Virus record (IMG/VR): IMGVR_UViG_3300025383_000009
Direction: 5' to 3' (one strand)
Source: a virus
Taxonomy: Duplodnaviria > Caudoviricetes
DNA: 64,000 nucleotides
The notes under the pieces are model-generated. The model ran no database searches, had not been told where the DNA came from, and saw nothing but the letters and a program-made list of their open reading frames with translations. Below, piece by piece: positions 9,733 through 17,796 of the stretch. How positions within the stretch are numbered: the stretch's first letter is position 1; every line of letters starts with the position of its first letter. A program made the position numbers and the translations under genes.

Positions 9733-10089
9733 ATGGACTCTTGGGGTTATCACTTAATTTTGGATGTAAGAGGTTGTGATATTGAAAAAGCAACTAATCC
9801 AGATTATATTCGTGATTTTACTAAAGAATTAGTTAAACGAATAGATATGAAACCTTATGGAGAACCCCAAGTGGTTCATTTTGCTGATAATACTGATTTA
9901 GCAGGTTGGACAGTATTACAACTAATTCATACCTCTAATATTACTGCTCATTTCTGTGATATTAATGGTGACTTGTATTTAGATGTGTTTTCATGTAAGG
10001 AATTCGATGGAGATGTCGTGGTTCAGTTCCTAAACGATTCTTTTAAACCATTGAGAATAACCTCTAGATATCTTTACAGAACAGCGTAG
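9733..10089 (+). CDS. speD: Pyruvoyl-dependent SpeD/AdoMetDC-family decarboxylase proenzyme
   Basis: GYHLILD, QLIHT-SNITAHF, LYLDVFSCKEF. Confidence 0.8.
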   Translation: MDSWGYHLILDVRGCDIEKATNPDYIRDFTKELVKRIDMKPYGEPQVVHFADNTDLAGWTVLQLIHTSNITAHFCDINGDLYLDVFSCKEFDGDVVVQFLNDSFKPLRITSRYLYRTA

Positions 10090-10145
10090 ACCTAAATAAT
10101 GCTGTGTGGGATACCTAAAGATTATGCTATTAGTTGGAAATCTAA

Positions 10146-10676
10146 ATGCAAATCAGAATATCCAAATGTCCAGACAGTAAGAATTTCAGACCATATGTTA
10201 AAAGGGCTGTGGAATTCTATGGACAAGAGCTTATTAAAAATAAAAGACTATATAACAACATCTATGTTGATATTAAGTTTGACTCTAAAATAGATGCGTT
10301 TGGATATGCATCCATTGAAGGATACAATACTTTAGGTAAACCTAGAGAGTTTCTTATAGAGGTTCATCCTGGTATTAGTGCTAAAGACATATTGTCTACA
10401 TTAGCACATGAAATGGTTCATGTTCATCAGTATGCTACAGGGCTATTAACTGATGTAGAAAAAGACATAACTAGATGGTGTGGTAAAAAGATTGATCCAG
10501 ATAAACTAGACTATTATAGTCATCCATGGGAAATAGAAGCACATGGAAAAGAAATAGGTTTGCTTGCCAAATTTGTAGTAAAAGAACAGTTATGGAATAT
10601 ATTCGATAAAGTGAATGATCCATCTGCTCCAATCACAGATAAACCATTAGGTTGGAAAAATTTGGTAAACAAATAA
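10146..10676 (+). CDS. Zincin-like (HExxH) metallopeptidase
   Basis: TLAHEMVHVHQY and YSHPWEIEA. Confidence 0.6.
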   Translation: MQIRISKCPDSKNFRPYVKRAVEFYGQELIKNKRLYNNIYVDIKFDSKIDAFGYASIEGYNTLGKPREFLIEVHPGISAKDILSTLAHEMVHVHQYATGLLTDVEKDITRWCGKKIDPDKLDYYSHPWEIEAHGKEIGLLAKFVVKEQLWNIFDKVNDPSAPITDKPLGWKNLVNK

Positions 10677-10683
10677 CTTATGC

Positions 10684-10712
10684 TTGACATTATGTGTGAG
10701 TTATGAGATAAT
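10684..10712 (+). promoter_or_regulatory. sigma70-type promoter
   Basis: TTGACA-N17-GATAAT upstream of the tRNA-like element. Confidence 0.75.
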
Positions 10713-10739
10713 AATAAAACTGAAAGATTAAATGATTAT

Positions 10740-10807
10740 GCGGTGGGTTGTAGAACAAGCATTTCTTCCCGTTATGTTGCTTTGTGCAAGTCAAAGACAC
10801 CGCTCCA
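10740..10807 (+). ncRNA. Degenerate tRNA-like RNA
   Basis: Acceptor GCGGTG/CACCGC + T + CCA; T arm CTTTG-TGCAAGT-CAAAG; mini D arm TTGT-AGA-ACAA; weak anticodon stem. Confidence 0.55.
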
Positions 10808-10813
10808 AATTCG

Positions 10814-11017
10814 ATGGCAGCTAAAAACGATATCACCGGCGATTCAATCTCAACTAAAGTAAATTCAAAAGAATATACTGATAATTGGGATTTGATTTGG
10901 GGTAAAAAGAAAAAAGAAAGTCGTATGGATATTATAGGCCAAAACGGTAATGACGGTTCACATTATGAGGAGATAGAAAATGGCAACAGCAGCGAGAGTC
11001 CATCCGGGCAAACGTAA
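10814..11017 (+). CDS. Small hypothetical protein (MAAKNDITGD...)
   Basis: ATG 6 nt after the tRNA-like CCA; carries the IGQNGNDGxHY motif. Confidence 0.6.
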   Translation: MAAKNDITGDSISTKVNSKEYTDNWDLIWGKKKKESRMDIIGQNGNDGSHYEEIENGNSSESPSGQT

Positions 11018-11222
11018 AGCAGACCCAATGAAACATAAAACGGGCAAACCTAGATTAGGTCCACTAAATCTAAAACAATTAACAGACTTAATAGAAAAAA
11101 CTCAAGTCAAAAAAATCAAAGCAAAATTTCAAAGAGAATTGGAACGAAGAAATATTTTGGCAGTAAAGAAACAAGGTTTTAAAGTAAAGAAAAATCAAGT
11201 ATCAATTAATGAAAATCACTAG
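10980..11222 (+). CDS. Small basic protein (VHPGKR family), paralog of 48195-48383
   Basis: SD GAGGAG upstream; Lys/Arg-rich. Confidence 0.65.
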   Translation: MATAARVHPGKRKADPMKHKTGKPRLGPLNLKQLTDLIEKTQVKKIKAKFQRELERRNILAVKKQGFKVKKNQVSINENH

Positions 11223-11243
11223 TAACATTTAAGTAATAAATCC

Positions 11244-11272
11244 TTTACTTTTCGTTACATTCCTTATATAAT
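11244..11272 (+). promoter_or_regulatory. sigma70-type promoter of pqqA
   Basis: TTTACT-N17-TATAAT. Confidence 0.75.
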
Positions 11273-11277
11273 AATGG

Positions 11278-11299
11278 TGTTAGAGTAGAAATTCTAACA
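11278..11299 (+). promoter_or_regulatory. 5' leader hairpin (or palindromic operator) of the pqqA transcript
   Basis: TGTTAGA-N8-TCTAACA inverted repeat at the predicted +1. Confidence 0.55.
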
Positions 11300-11321
11300 T
11301 AACCTTTAAAGGAGATATACC

Positions 11322-11393
11322 ATGTGGACATCACCAGCTGCAACTGAAATGCGTTTTGGCTTCGAAGTTACTATGTATGTAATGAACAAGTAA
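11322..11393 (+). CDS. pqqA: PQQ precursor peptide PqqA (MWTSPAATEMRFGFEVTMYVMNK), not in ORF track
   Basis: 23 aa with the RxGFEVTMY core (E-x-x-x-Y); strong SD AAAGGAG; dedicated promoter and terminator. Confidence 0.93.
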   Translation: MWTSPAATEMRFGFEVTMYVMNK

Positions 11394-11415
11394 TTAACGA
11401 TTCAGTTTACTAAAT

Positions 11416-11446
11416 AAAACGAGAGCCTAAAAACTCTCGTTTTTTT
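11416..11446 (+). terminator. Rho-independent terminator after pqqA
   Basis: AAAACGAGAG-CCTAAAAA-CTCTCGTTTT plus T-run. Confidence 0.85.
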
Positions 11447-11467
11447 ATTTCCAAAAAGGACATCATC

Positions 11468-11764
11468 ATGAAATACCTTTTGATTGTTTTACTTTTAATA
11501 TTATCAACAGTAGCAATGTCAGAAGAATATTTGGTGATGTATTATAATCCTCATGTTAGGATTGTTTTATCAAAAGATACTTGTTTATTTAAAGAATTAG
11601 ATGGTAAGAGAGCGGCTGCTCAGAGGTCTGACGGACAGGTTCTTCAAGGTTGTTGGAATCCATCAAAAGACGGAAAACAAATCACAATTAAATGGCACAA
11701 TCCAGCAGTGCCTGATGATTCATCAACATTTGAAACAGAAAGATTTATTCCTACAACAGAATAA
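11468..11764 (+). CDS. Secreted/periplasmic small protein, paralog of 53529-53816
   Basis: Signal peptide; EYLV-YN-VRIVLS-C-GKRAAAQR-GCW. Confidence 0.7.
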   Translation: MKYLLIVLLLILSTVAMSEEYLVMYYNPHVRIVLSKDTCLFKELDGKRAAAQRSDGQVLQGCWNPSKDGKQITIKWHNPAVPDDSSTFETERFIPTTE

Positions 11765-13768
11765 TTATTTTGAGGTGGCACGATAAGTGCCGTCCCAATT
11801 TGCAGGTAATCCTTCTTCCATTCTTTCTATCATTTTAGAATAGTATTCTTTTATGGTAACATCATCATTGTTTAACATTTTTCTAGCCCAATCAATTGCT
11901 TTATCCCAATTACCACGATAATATTCTTTTAGATATTCATTGTGCATGTAAGCAATAGTTTTGCCTACTGTATAAATTTTGACACCTTCTGTTTTACCTT
12001 TAACTGCTATGTTGTCTAATTCAACAACGCTATAATTATCTTTAACTAATTCAGCAGTTAATGGACCAAGAATAATCTTAACGCCATAGGGTTTAGATTG
12101 TCCTTCAAGTCTACTTGATAGGTTGACTGCATCTCCGAGGCAAGTGTAATCAAAACGATAGCGGCTACCCATATTACCAACAACAACACTACCAGTATTG
12201 AGCCCAATCCCCATTCCGAACGGCGGTATGCCTTCTTTTTCAATTTCTTTATTAAATTCATCTAAATCTCCTAACATTTCTAAAGCTGTTTTTACGGCAT
12301 TGATGGCATGGTCTTTATCATCAAGAGGTGCATTCCAAAAAGCCATCTGAGCATCACCAATATACTTATCTAGCGTTCCATTATTATCTAAAATCTTTTG
12401 TGTCATAGCAGTCATATATCGGTTCATGATAGAAGTTAAACCTTGAACGTCTTTACCATAGTGTTCTGATATTGTGGTGAATCCACGAACATCAGTAAAC
12501 ATAATAGTTAAATCTTTTGTTTCACCACCGAGTTTTAATAATTCTGGATTCTTTTGTAATTTTTCAACAAGTGCTGGTGATAGGTACGTTCCAAATTGTT
12601 TTTTGATTTGTAATTTTTGATTTAACTCACTTATAAATTTAACAGTATACGCATGAGCATAAACAAGACAAAGAGTAAGAATAGGAAAGATACAGTCCAC
12701 CAAATAATTGTAATGATTAAAGGTATAATGAGAACCATAATATAAAGAAACAATAATAGTAACAATAAAGATAATAGCATATTTCCACCTCGATAATAAA
12801 ATTAATAATATAGACATCATAATTGTGAATAAAAGTTCGGCACCAGTAGCCCAATCAGGTCGTTCTATATTGACATTATTAGCTAAGGTGCCGATTACAG
12901 CAGCCTGCACATCTTGAGGCCATACTGAACCTATACTTGTAGGTAAAGGATTGCCTAATCCTGAAGCAGTTACTCCAACAATAACTATTCCTTTGTTAAA
13001 GTTTTTTGGTAGATTTACTGCTGAAACAGAATTTGATTTTTGTGACCAATCAACCCATATACGACCAAGTGAGTCTGTTGCAATTGGTCTAAAACTTGGT
13101 ATTCGCATCTTCTCAACTCCGTTCTCATTAAGTTTGACTTGAAATGTTGAGTCACCAGACATAACCCTTAACACTTCTAAAGATACACTTGGGTAAATAT
13201 TACCATTATATCCAACGAACAAAGGTATTCTACGATTAACACCGTCTATTTCAGGTAATGTGTTTGTTATTCCAACTCCAGCAGCCGAAGATTCTAATGA
13301 CGGAATGTTAGCAATAATACCTGGATAATTTAAAATAGTATTGATGTTTTCTGAACCAATAATAACAGAACCAGGTTTCTTTGCTGTATTTTTATTTGAT
13401 TGTGAAGGAGAGTTTACTAAAATTACAGGATGGTCTTTGATTGTATCTTCTAATGCTTTGTCACCACCTAATCGGTCGGCTTCAGGCATCATTATATTCC
13501 ATACAACTAAACCGGCATTATGAGCATACAACTGAGCAATTAAATTGGCATATTGGTCACGTTTAAATGGCCATTGACCATAACGGTCTAAAGTGTTTTC
13601 ATCAATATTAACCGTATAGATATTATTAACGGTTTGAGTTTTGCCTGAAATGAGAGTGTCAAAATATCGTAATCGGATTGATTCGATAAAGTTAGAATTG
13701 GAAACAGCAATCACTAACGCTAAGGTTAGTAATGCTGTCCATGGTGATAATAGATATTTCTTAAACAA
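11765..13768 (-). CDS. CHASE2-domain class III adenylate cyclase (membrane-bound)
   Basis: CHASE2 (LRYFD, IDENTLDRYGQWPF, D-DG-RR), 3 TM helices, cyclase motifs FTDVRGFT, DKYIGD, GNMGS-RFDYT-LGDAVNLSSRLE; probable TTG start at 13768. Confidence 0.93.
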   Translation of the reverse strand: MFKKYLLSPWTALLTLALVIAVSNSNFIESIRLRYFDTLISGKTQTVNNIYTVNIDENTLDRYGQWPFKRDQYANLIAQLYAHNAGLVVWNIMMPEADRLGGDKALEDTIKDHPVILVNSPSQSNKNTAKKPGSVIIGSENINTILNYPGIIANIPSLESSAAGVGITNTLPEIDGVNRRIPLFVGYNGNIYPSVSLEVLRVMSGDSTFQVKLNENGVEKMRIPSFRPIATDSLGRIWVDWSQKSNSVSAVNLPKNFNKGIVIVGVTASGLGNPLPTSIGSVWPQDVQAAVIGTLANNVNIERPDWATGAELLFTIMMSILLILLSRWKYAIIFIVTIIVSLYYGSHYTFNHYNYLVDCIFPILTLCLVYAHAYTVKFISELNQKLQIKKQFGTYLSPALVEKLQKNPELLKLGGETKDLTIMFTDVRGFTTISEHYGKDVQGLTSIMNRYMTAMTQKILDNNGTLDKYIGDAQMAFWNAPLDDKDHAINAVKTALEMLGDLDEFNKEIEKEGIPPFGMGIGLNTGSVVVGNMGSRYRFDYTCLGDAVNLSSRLEGQSKPYGVKIILGPLTAELVKDNYSVVELDNIAVKGKTEGVKIYTVGKTIAYMHNEYLKEYYRGNWDKAIDWARKMLNNDDVTIKEYYSKMIERMEEGLPANWDGTYRATSK

Positions 13769-13997
13769 GTGATAATAAAGTTTGTGTTGCTGTAACCAAC
13801 CATCTATAGGCAGTTTCATCATCTGCTAAAGCTTGTTGATTTTTTACATCTACGATTTCTTTAACAAGAAATGAATACTCTTCGTCAGATAAATCACCTG
13901 CTTGATGTTGCTCGGTAATTTTTACCAACTCAGCAGATAATTTACCAAGAACACCTGGATGTCCTGATTTTTCTCTTAATTCTTCTAATATTTTCAT
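13761..13997 (-). CDS. 78-aa helical protein, paralog of 41021-41257
   Basis: ATGA-coupled to the upstream lipoprotein; 36/78 ungapped identity to its paralog by manual count. Confidence 0.75.
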   Translation of the reverse strand: MKILEELREKSGHPGVLGKLSAELVKITEQHQAGDLSDEEYSFLVKEIVDVKNQQALADDETAYRWLVTATQTLLSLV

Positions 13998-14350
13998 CTT
14001 TGTCTCCATGATTCTGAAATAACTTCTACTCTAGATTGTGCAATTGTTAATGCTGATTGGCAAAATAACATACTCTTTGAATCTTTTGCTTTTGTCAGTT
14101 CTTCTTTTAACTTATCAAAGCTTGGTGATTGTGGGTCATTTCTAAGCGCTGAATAAACTTTGATATGTTGTATTTTTGAAGAGAGGTCTGGCCAAGTTGA
14201 TTTATTGGCACAATCTAAATTGTCTACTACGATTTTAATATCTACCAATTGGTCAAACATAACAGGGTCATGTTTAAGTGGCATTATTGATGTAATAGTT
14301 GAACAAGCGGTTAATGTAAGTAATGCAATAAGTGATATAATTTTTTTCAT
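13994..14350 (-). CDS. Lipoprotein, paralog of 41254-41610
   Basis: Lipobox LTAC; conserved Cys pair, RxDPQ. Confidence 0.75.
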   Translation of the reverse strand: MKKIISLIALLTLTACSTITSIMPLKHDPVMFDQLVDIKIVVDNLDCANKSTWPDLSSKIQHIKVYSALRNDPQSPSFDKLKEELTKAKDSKSMLFCQSALTIAQSRVEVISESWRQR

Positions 14351-14357
14351 GATTTAT

Positions 14358-15422
14358 TTAGTTGCTCTGTTGTTTAATAGTTATACTATTGGTTGTTTGG
14401 TCTTGATTTTTCAAATTTACTGTAACACCATTTTGTATGATATTTATATTATATCCTTTGTCTTTATCTATTAATACTGTAGCACTATCTTTAACCGTTC
14501 TTTGTATCATCCAATAAGTATTTTTATCAAAAATATACACTTGATTTAAAGAGTTATAACCTACCACAAAAGTTGCTAATATCATATTATCAAGAGCATT
14601 TGTTAAATAATTTGTGTCTAACGGATTTACATCTAATTCATTAAACCCAGCATAAGGGTCTTTAAAAACTTTTGCATCTAAAGCGTTTTGTTCTAATCCC
14701 GTAAATTCTAAAGCAGAACCTGATTTATTGATTATTTCAGCTTGTATTCTTTCAATGATTTGTTTTGGTGGTTTAACAATAAGCATATTATCAATAGATG
14801 ATTCAGATAATGCTAACAAAACAGGTTTTAATGGTTTAATTTCGGATGATTTTGTTACTGTAGCTTGAAACGCTTGGTTTAAAACTACTTTACCCATGGC
14901 TGTGCTAACTTCAATTGAACCAACTGAACCATCTGGATTTGGTAACAGAATAATAAGAGATTGTCCTATCTCATCTACAGTCATTGTGAATGCTGTACCA
15001 CGAACAGCAACTGAAGCGGTCGGAGTATTGATTGCTACATTTTTATTATTTTCGTGTGCGATATTACCAGATGCATAACGAACAGTTCCCATTGTTACAT
15101 TGAGAGCTAATTTACCTGCACCTTTTTTATTGGGGTCATAGACAAATTCGTCTATAAGAAGTTTTGAATGTTCTGTGACTTTTACTTGAGTTTTATCTTC
15201 AAATGTAATGCCTACTATTCCATTGCCTGTTTGAACAATATCATTACTATCTATATTTGATTTAGGTTTAGCCTCTATTACATCTTTATTTCTAGTAATA
15301 GAGGCTGGACCTTTTTGTTCAGTTATAGAACCAATTACCGCCCAACTAGTGTTGGATGACAGACACAGAAGCACCGCTACCAGTAAGGTTAACGATTGCA
15401 CTATTTGGGTTGGTCGTACCAT
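14358..15422 (-). CDS. FecR-domain periplasmic protein
   Basis: Signal peptide; DIVQTG, ITFEDKTQVKVTEHS, GTVRYASG, TPTASVAVRGTAF. Confidence 0.85.
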   Translation of the reverse strand: MVRPTQIVQSLTLLVAVLLCLSSNTSWAVIGSITEQKGPASITRNKDVIEAKPKSNIDSNDIVQTGNGIVGITFEDKTQVKVTEHSKLLIDEFVYDPNKKGAGKLALNVTMGTVRYASGNIAHENNKNVAINTPTASVAVRGTAFTMTVDEIGQSLIILLPNPDGSVGSIEVSTAMGKVVLNQAFQATVTKSSEIKPLKPVLLALSESSIDNMLIVKPPKQIIERIQAEIINKSGSALEFTGLEQNALDAKVFKDPYAGFNELDVNPLDTNYLTNALDNMILATFVVGYNSLNQVYIFDKNTYWMIQRTVKDSATVLIDKDKGYNINIIQNGVTVNLKNQDQTTNSITIKQQSN

Positions 15423-16053
15423 CTTGAGTCACACTTATATTATTTGAATTACCAATGTTGTTAATACTAATACTATGGCCTGCACCAGCACCAGTACCAT
15501 TTGCACCTGTTTGGCTTGTGGTGATACTGTTATTGTTACCTGCAATTGCTATAGTATCTGTAACATTTTTACTGTTTATGGTACTTGTTATCGAATTACT
15601 ATTTCCTACAGTAGTGATGCTATAGTTATAATTACTCGAATCTCTCATTGTTCCTATATTCAATACAGAATTATTGTTACTACCTGAAAACGATAAATTT
15701 AAATTACCGTTATCAGTACCAAAGTTTCCGTAATTCAATACGATACCGTTACTATTACCATCTTGAGATATTACTCCTGTAGAACCACCACCAACAAAAT
15801 TACCTGTGATAGAGTTGTTCATACCGTTTTGTGTGATACCTAAATTAATACTGTTACCATCAATCACAAATGATGGACTACCAACATTAGTAGGATCTCC
15901 TACCGTGTTGTTAGAACCTGTTTGTGTTATGGTGACTGTAGAATTATCAGCGTTAGTTTGGTCAATATAAACACTATTACCTCCACTATCGACTGCCAAA
16001 GCACTAAATGCTAATAACAAACCCATCACAAAAGTGATAAGCTTACTTTTCAT
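15346..16053 (-). CDS. Secreted curlin-like Asn/Gly/Ser-rich repeat protein
   Basis: Signal peptide; repeats QTGSNNTV, QNGMNNSI, QDGNSNGI, IAGNNNSI, NIGNSNNI; SD AAGGAG. Confidence 0.65.
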   Translation of the reverse strand: MKSKLITFVMGLLLAFSALAVDSGGNSVYIDQTNADNSTVTITQTGSNNTVGDPTNVGSPSFVIDGNSINLGITQNGMNNSITGNFVGGGSTGVISQDGNSNGIVLNYGNFGTDNGNLNLSFSGSNNNSVLNIGTMRDSSNYNYSITTVGNSNSITSTINSKNVTDTIAIAGNNNSITTSQTGANGTGAGAGHSISINNIGNSNNISVTQDGTTNPNSAIVNLTGSGASVSVIQH

Positions 16054-16825
16054 TCTTTTTCTCCTTAAATTGCCACATACCTTTTTTTTCACCTTGAATA
16101 ATCAATTGCTCTACCGCCAGGTCTGTAGCTGCTTTTATGGCGTGTATAGAAGCCTCTGTTTGAGATATTCCTATCTCTTGTTCAAAATTTTGTGTTCCAT
16201 TATCAAAAAACTTAAATATAGCTACACCTGCTGTATAACTCAATATGGTTTTTTGAGCGTTTACTGTTAATAGCACTTCACCTGTTTGTGTGCTAATTGC
16301 TCTTATGCTTACAGTTACAACATCTTCTTGATATTGTGTGTCTGGTCCAATTCCTAACCAACGAACACCAATACCACCTGTTCTTATGTTTGTATCGTAA
16401 CTTATAATACCTCCTTCAATAATCATACCTGCATATAACATAGGTCTGATACCAGAAGGATCTTTTGCTTCATCTCTTGCTGAACGAATTAATTGTCTTT
16501 CTTTTAATAAATTATCAATACCAACTCGTTCTACTATTCTAAACCATTTTCCGTCACCAGCATCTTCTAATGACTTTAACAATACTGTTTCACCACCTTG
16601 TGTTACAGCGGATGATAACTTAGCAATCGTAGCAGAATCTTTTCTTTGACCAGTTTTATCAGCAAAGCTATAAACAGCTACAACTACTTTACCATTAACA
16701 GGTTCAGGTAACGGAGTCTTAGCCCATTTCATTGGCATAAGCTCTGGTTCTTTTTTAATAACATTCATTGGCGGTGTGCAACCAATTACTGCTATACACA
16801 TAAGTGCTATTAATATTTTTTTCAT
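16043..16825 (-). CDS. csgG: Curli secretion channel CsgG-like lipoprotein
   Basis: Lipobox VIGC; VAVYSFADKTGQRK, SSAVTQGG, WFRIVER-LLKERQLIRS, EGGIISYD. Confidence 0.88.
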   Translation of the reverse strand: MKKILIALMCIAVIGCTPPMNVIKKEPELMPMKWAKTPLPEPVNGKVVVAVYSFADKTGQRKDSATIAKLSSAVTQGGETVLLKSLEDAGDGKWFRIVERVGIDNLLKERQLIRSARDEAKDPSGIRPMLYAGMIIEGGIISYDTNIRTGGIGVRWLGIGPDTQYQEDVVTVSIRAISTQTGEVLLTVNAQKTILSYTAGVAIFKFFDNGTQNFEQEIGISQTEASIHAIKAATDLAVEQLIIQGEKKGMWQFKEKKNEK

Positions 16826-16826
16826 A

Positions 16827-17264
16827 TTAGAAACTTAATGTTCCAATAGGAATACTAACTTGCGTCACATTACCATTTTGATCATTAACAGTCATGTTAA
16901 TCATGTCAGCTGTTTTGGTGTATGTAATAGTATTACCTTCAATGGTAACAGTTCCACTATTTTGTGGATTCTCACCAAACAGATTATTAATTAATTGTGT
17001 AGATAATTGAGCATAGACTCTGCTCTCAAAGTTAGTCAAGAACTTGGCTAATATAGTATTATTAGCGGCATTTGCTGCATCAATGGCTGCCTGTTTCTGT
17101 GCCGCTTCTATTGCTTGCTTGCGTGTGTATTCTGTGTTCTCGATAGTCTGTACATGAGAACTATATCCTATCCCAGAGAAGGAAGGAGATTTAAACTGAA
17201 ATACTTGTTCCGCATAAGCGTTACTGCTTATCAGTACTACTGCTAGGATCCTGGCGAGCTTCAT
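16827..17264 (-). CDS. csgF: Curli assembly protein CsgF-like
   Basis: Signal peptide; FKSPSFSG, FESRVYAQLSTQL, SGTVTIEGNTI; adjacent to csgG. Confidence 0.7.
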   Translation of the reverse strand: MKLARILAVVLISSNAYAEQVFQFKSPSFSGIGYSSHVQTIENTEYTRKQAIEAAQKQAAIDAANAANNTILAKFLTNFESRVYAQLSTQLINNLFGENPQNSGTVTIEGNTITYTKTADMINMTVNDQNGNVTQVSIPIGTLSF

Positions 17265-17502
17265 TCTTCTCTTTCTCTCTTAAAGACAGAATAACGTTCA
17301 CCTTTTGATTGAGCCTAATAAGATCGTTGTCTAACATACGAATACGATCTATCAGTTCAATCAATACCTTATTTGAATCACCTAAAACTGGTTTAATTTC
17401 TTCTGTTACCCACTTCCATACATAAAAGATTAGATAACCTAATCCTCCAGCAGCAATAATGGGAAACCCATATTTGTTAATTAAAAATGCTATATCACCC
17501 AT
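17221..17502 (-). CDS. Small single-TM + coiled-coil protein (GFPI motif, holin-like)
   Basis: KYGFPIIAAGGLGYLIFY; paralogous to the next gene. Confidence 0.6.
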   Translation of the reverse strand: MGDIAFLINKYGFPIIAAGGLGYLIFYVWKWVTEEIKPVLGDSNKVLIELIDRIRMLDNDLIRLNQKVNVILSLREKEKNEARQDPSSSTDKQ

Positions 17503-17503
17503 G

Positions 17504-17779
17504 TTAATCCCTTCGGGCGTCAGATTGTTCTGCTCTTGCTATTCTATCCAAATCAGGTGGGATACCTAAGGCATGACTTACTTTGGTATCTATACGAATG
17601 ACGTCATGATTCATAGCTGCGACTCTTTTGTCAAGGGCTATGATAATACCACTCATGCCTTTAACTCCAGATGTTACACCAGCTAAGATAAATTTGAGGG
17701 TTAAGAAAACGAAATATCCTCCAGCAAGAGCTGAGGCTATGGGAAATCCTACCTCTCCGACTAACTTAAGAAAATCCAT
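17504..17779 (-). CDS. Small single-TM + coiled-coil protein (GFPI motif, holin-like)
   Basis: EVGFPIASALAGGYFVF, NHDVIRIDTK. Confidence 0.6.
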   Translation of the reverse strand: MDFLKLVGEVGFPIASALAGGYFVFLTLKFILAGVTSGVKGMSGIIIALDKRVAAMNHDVIRIDTKVSHALGIPPDLDRIARAEQSDARRD

Positions 17780-17784
17780 ATAGC

Positions 17785-17792
17785 TATTTATA
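17785..17792 (-). promoter_or_regulatory. T4 late promoter heading the curli/FecR/cyclase operon
   Basis: TATAAATA 5 nt upstream of ATG 17779. Confidence 0.75.
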
Positions 17793-17796
17793 TAGA

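Noticed and set aside
10784-10813. ORF-track start at 10784
   Set aside because: It lies inside the tRNA-like element; the ATG at 10814 is more plausible
11765-13768. Pycsar/CBASS-type immune cyclase
   Set aside because: Receptor-type CHASE2-TM architecture with ATP-specifying residues and no adjacent effector gene
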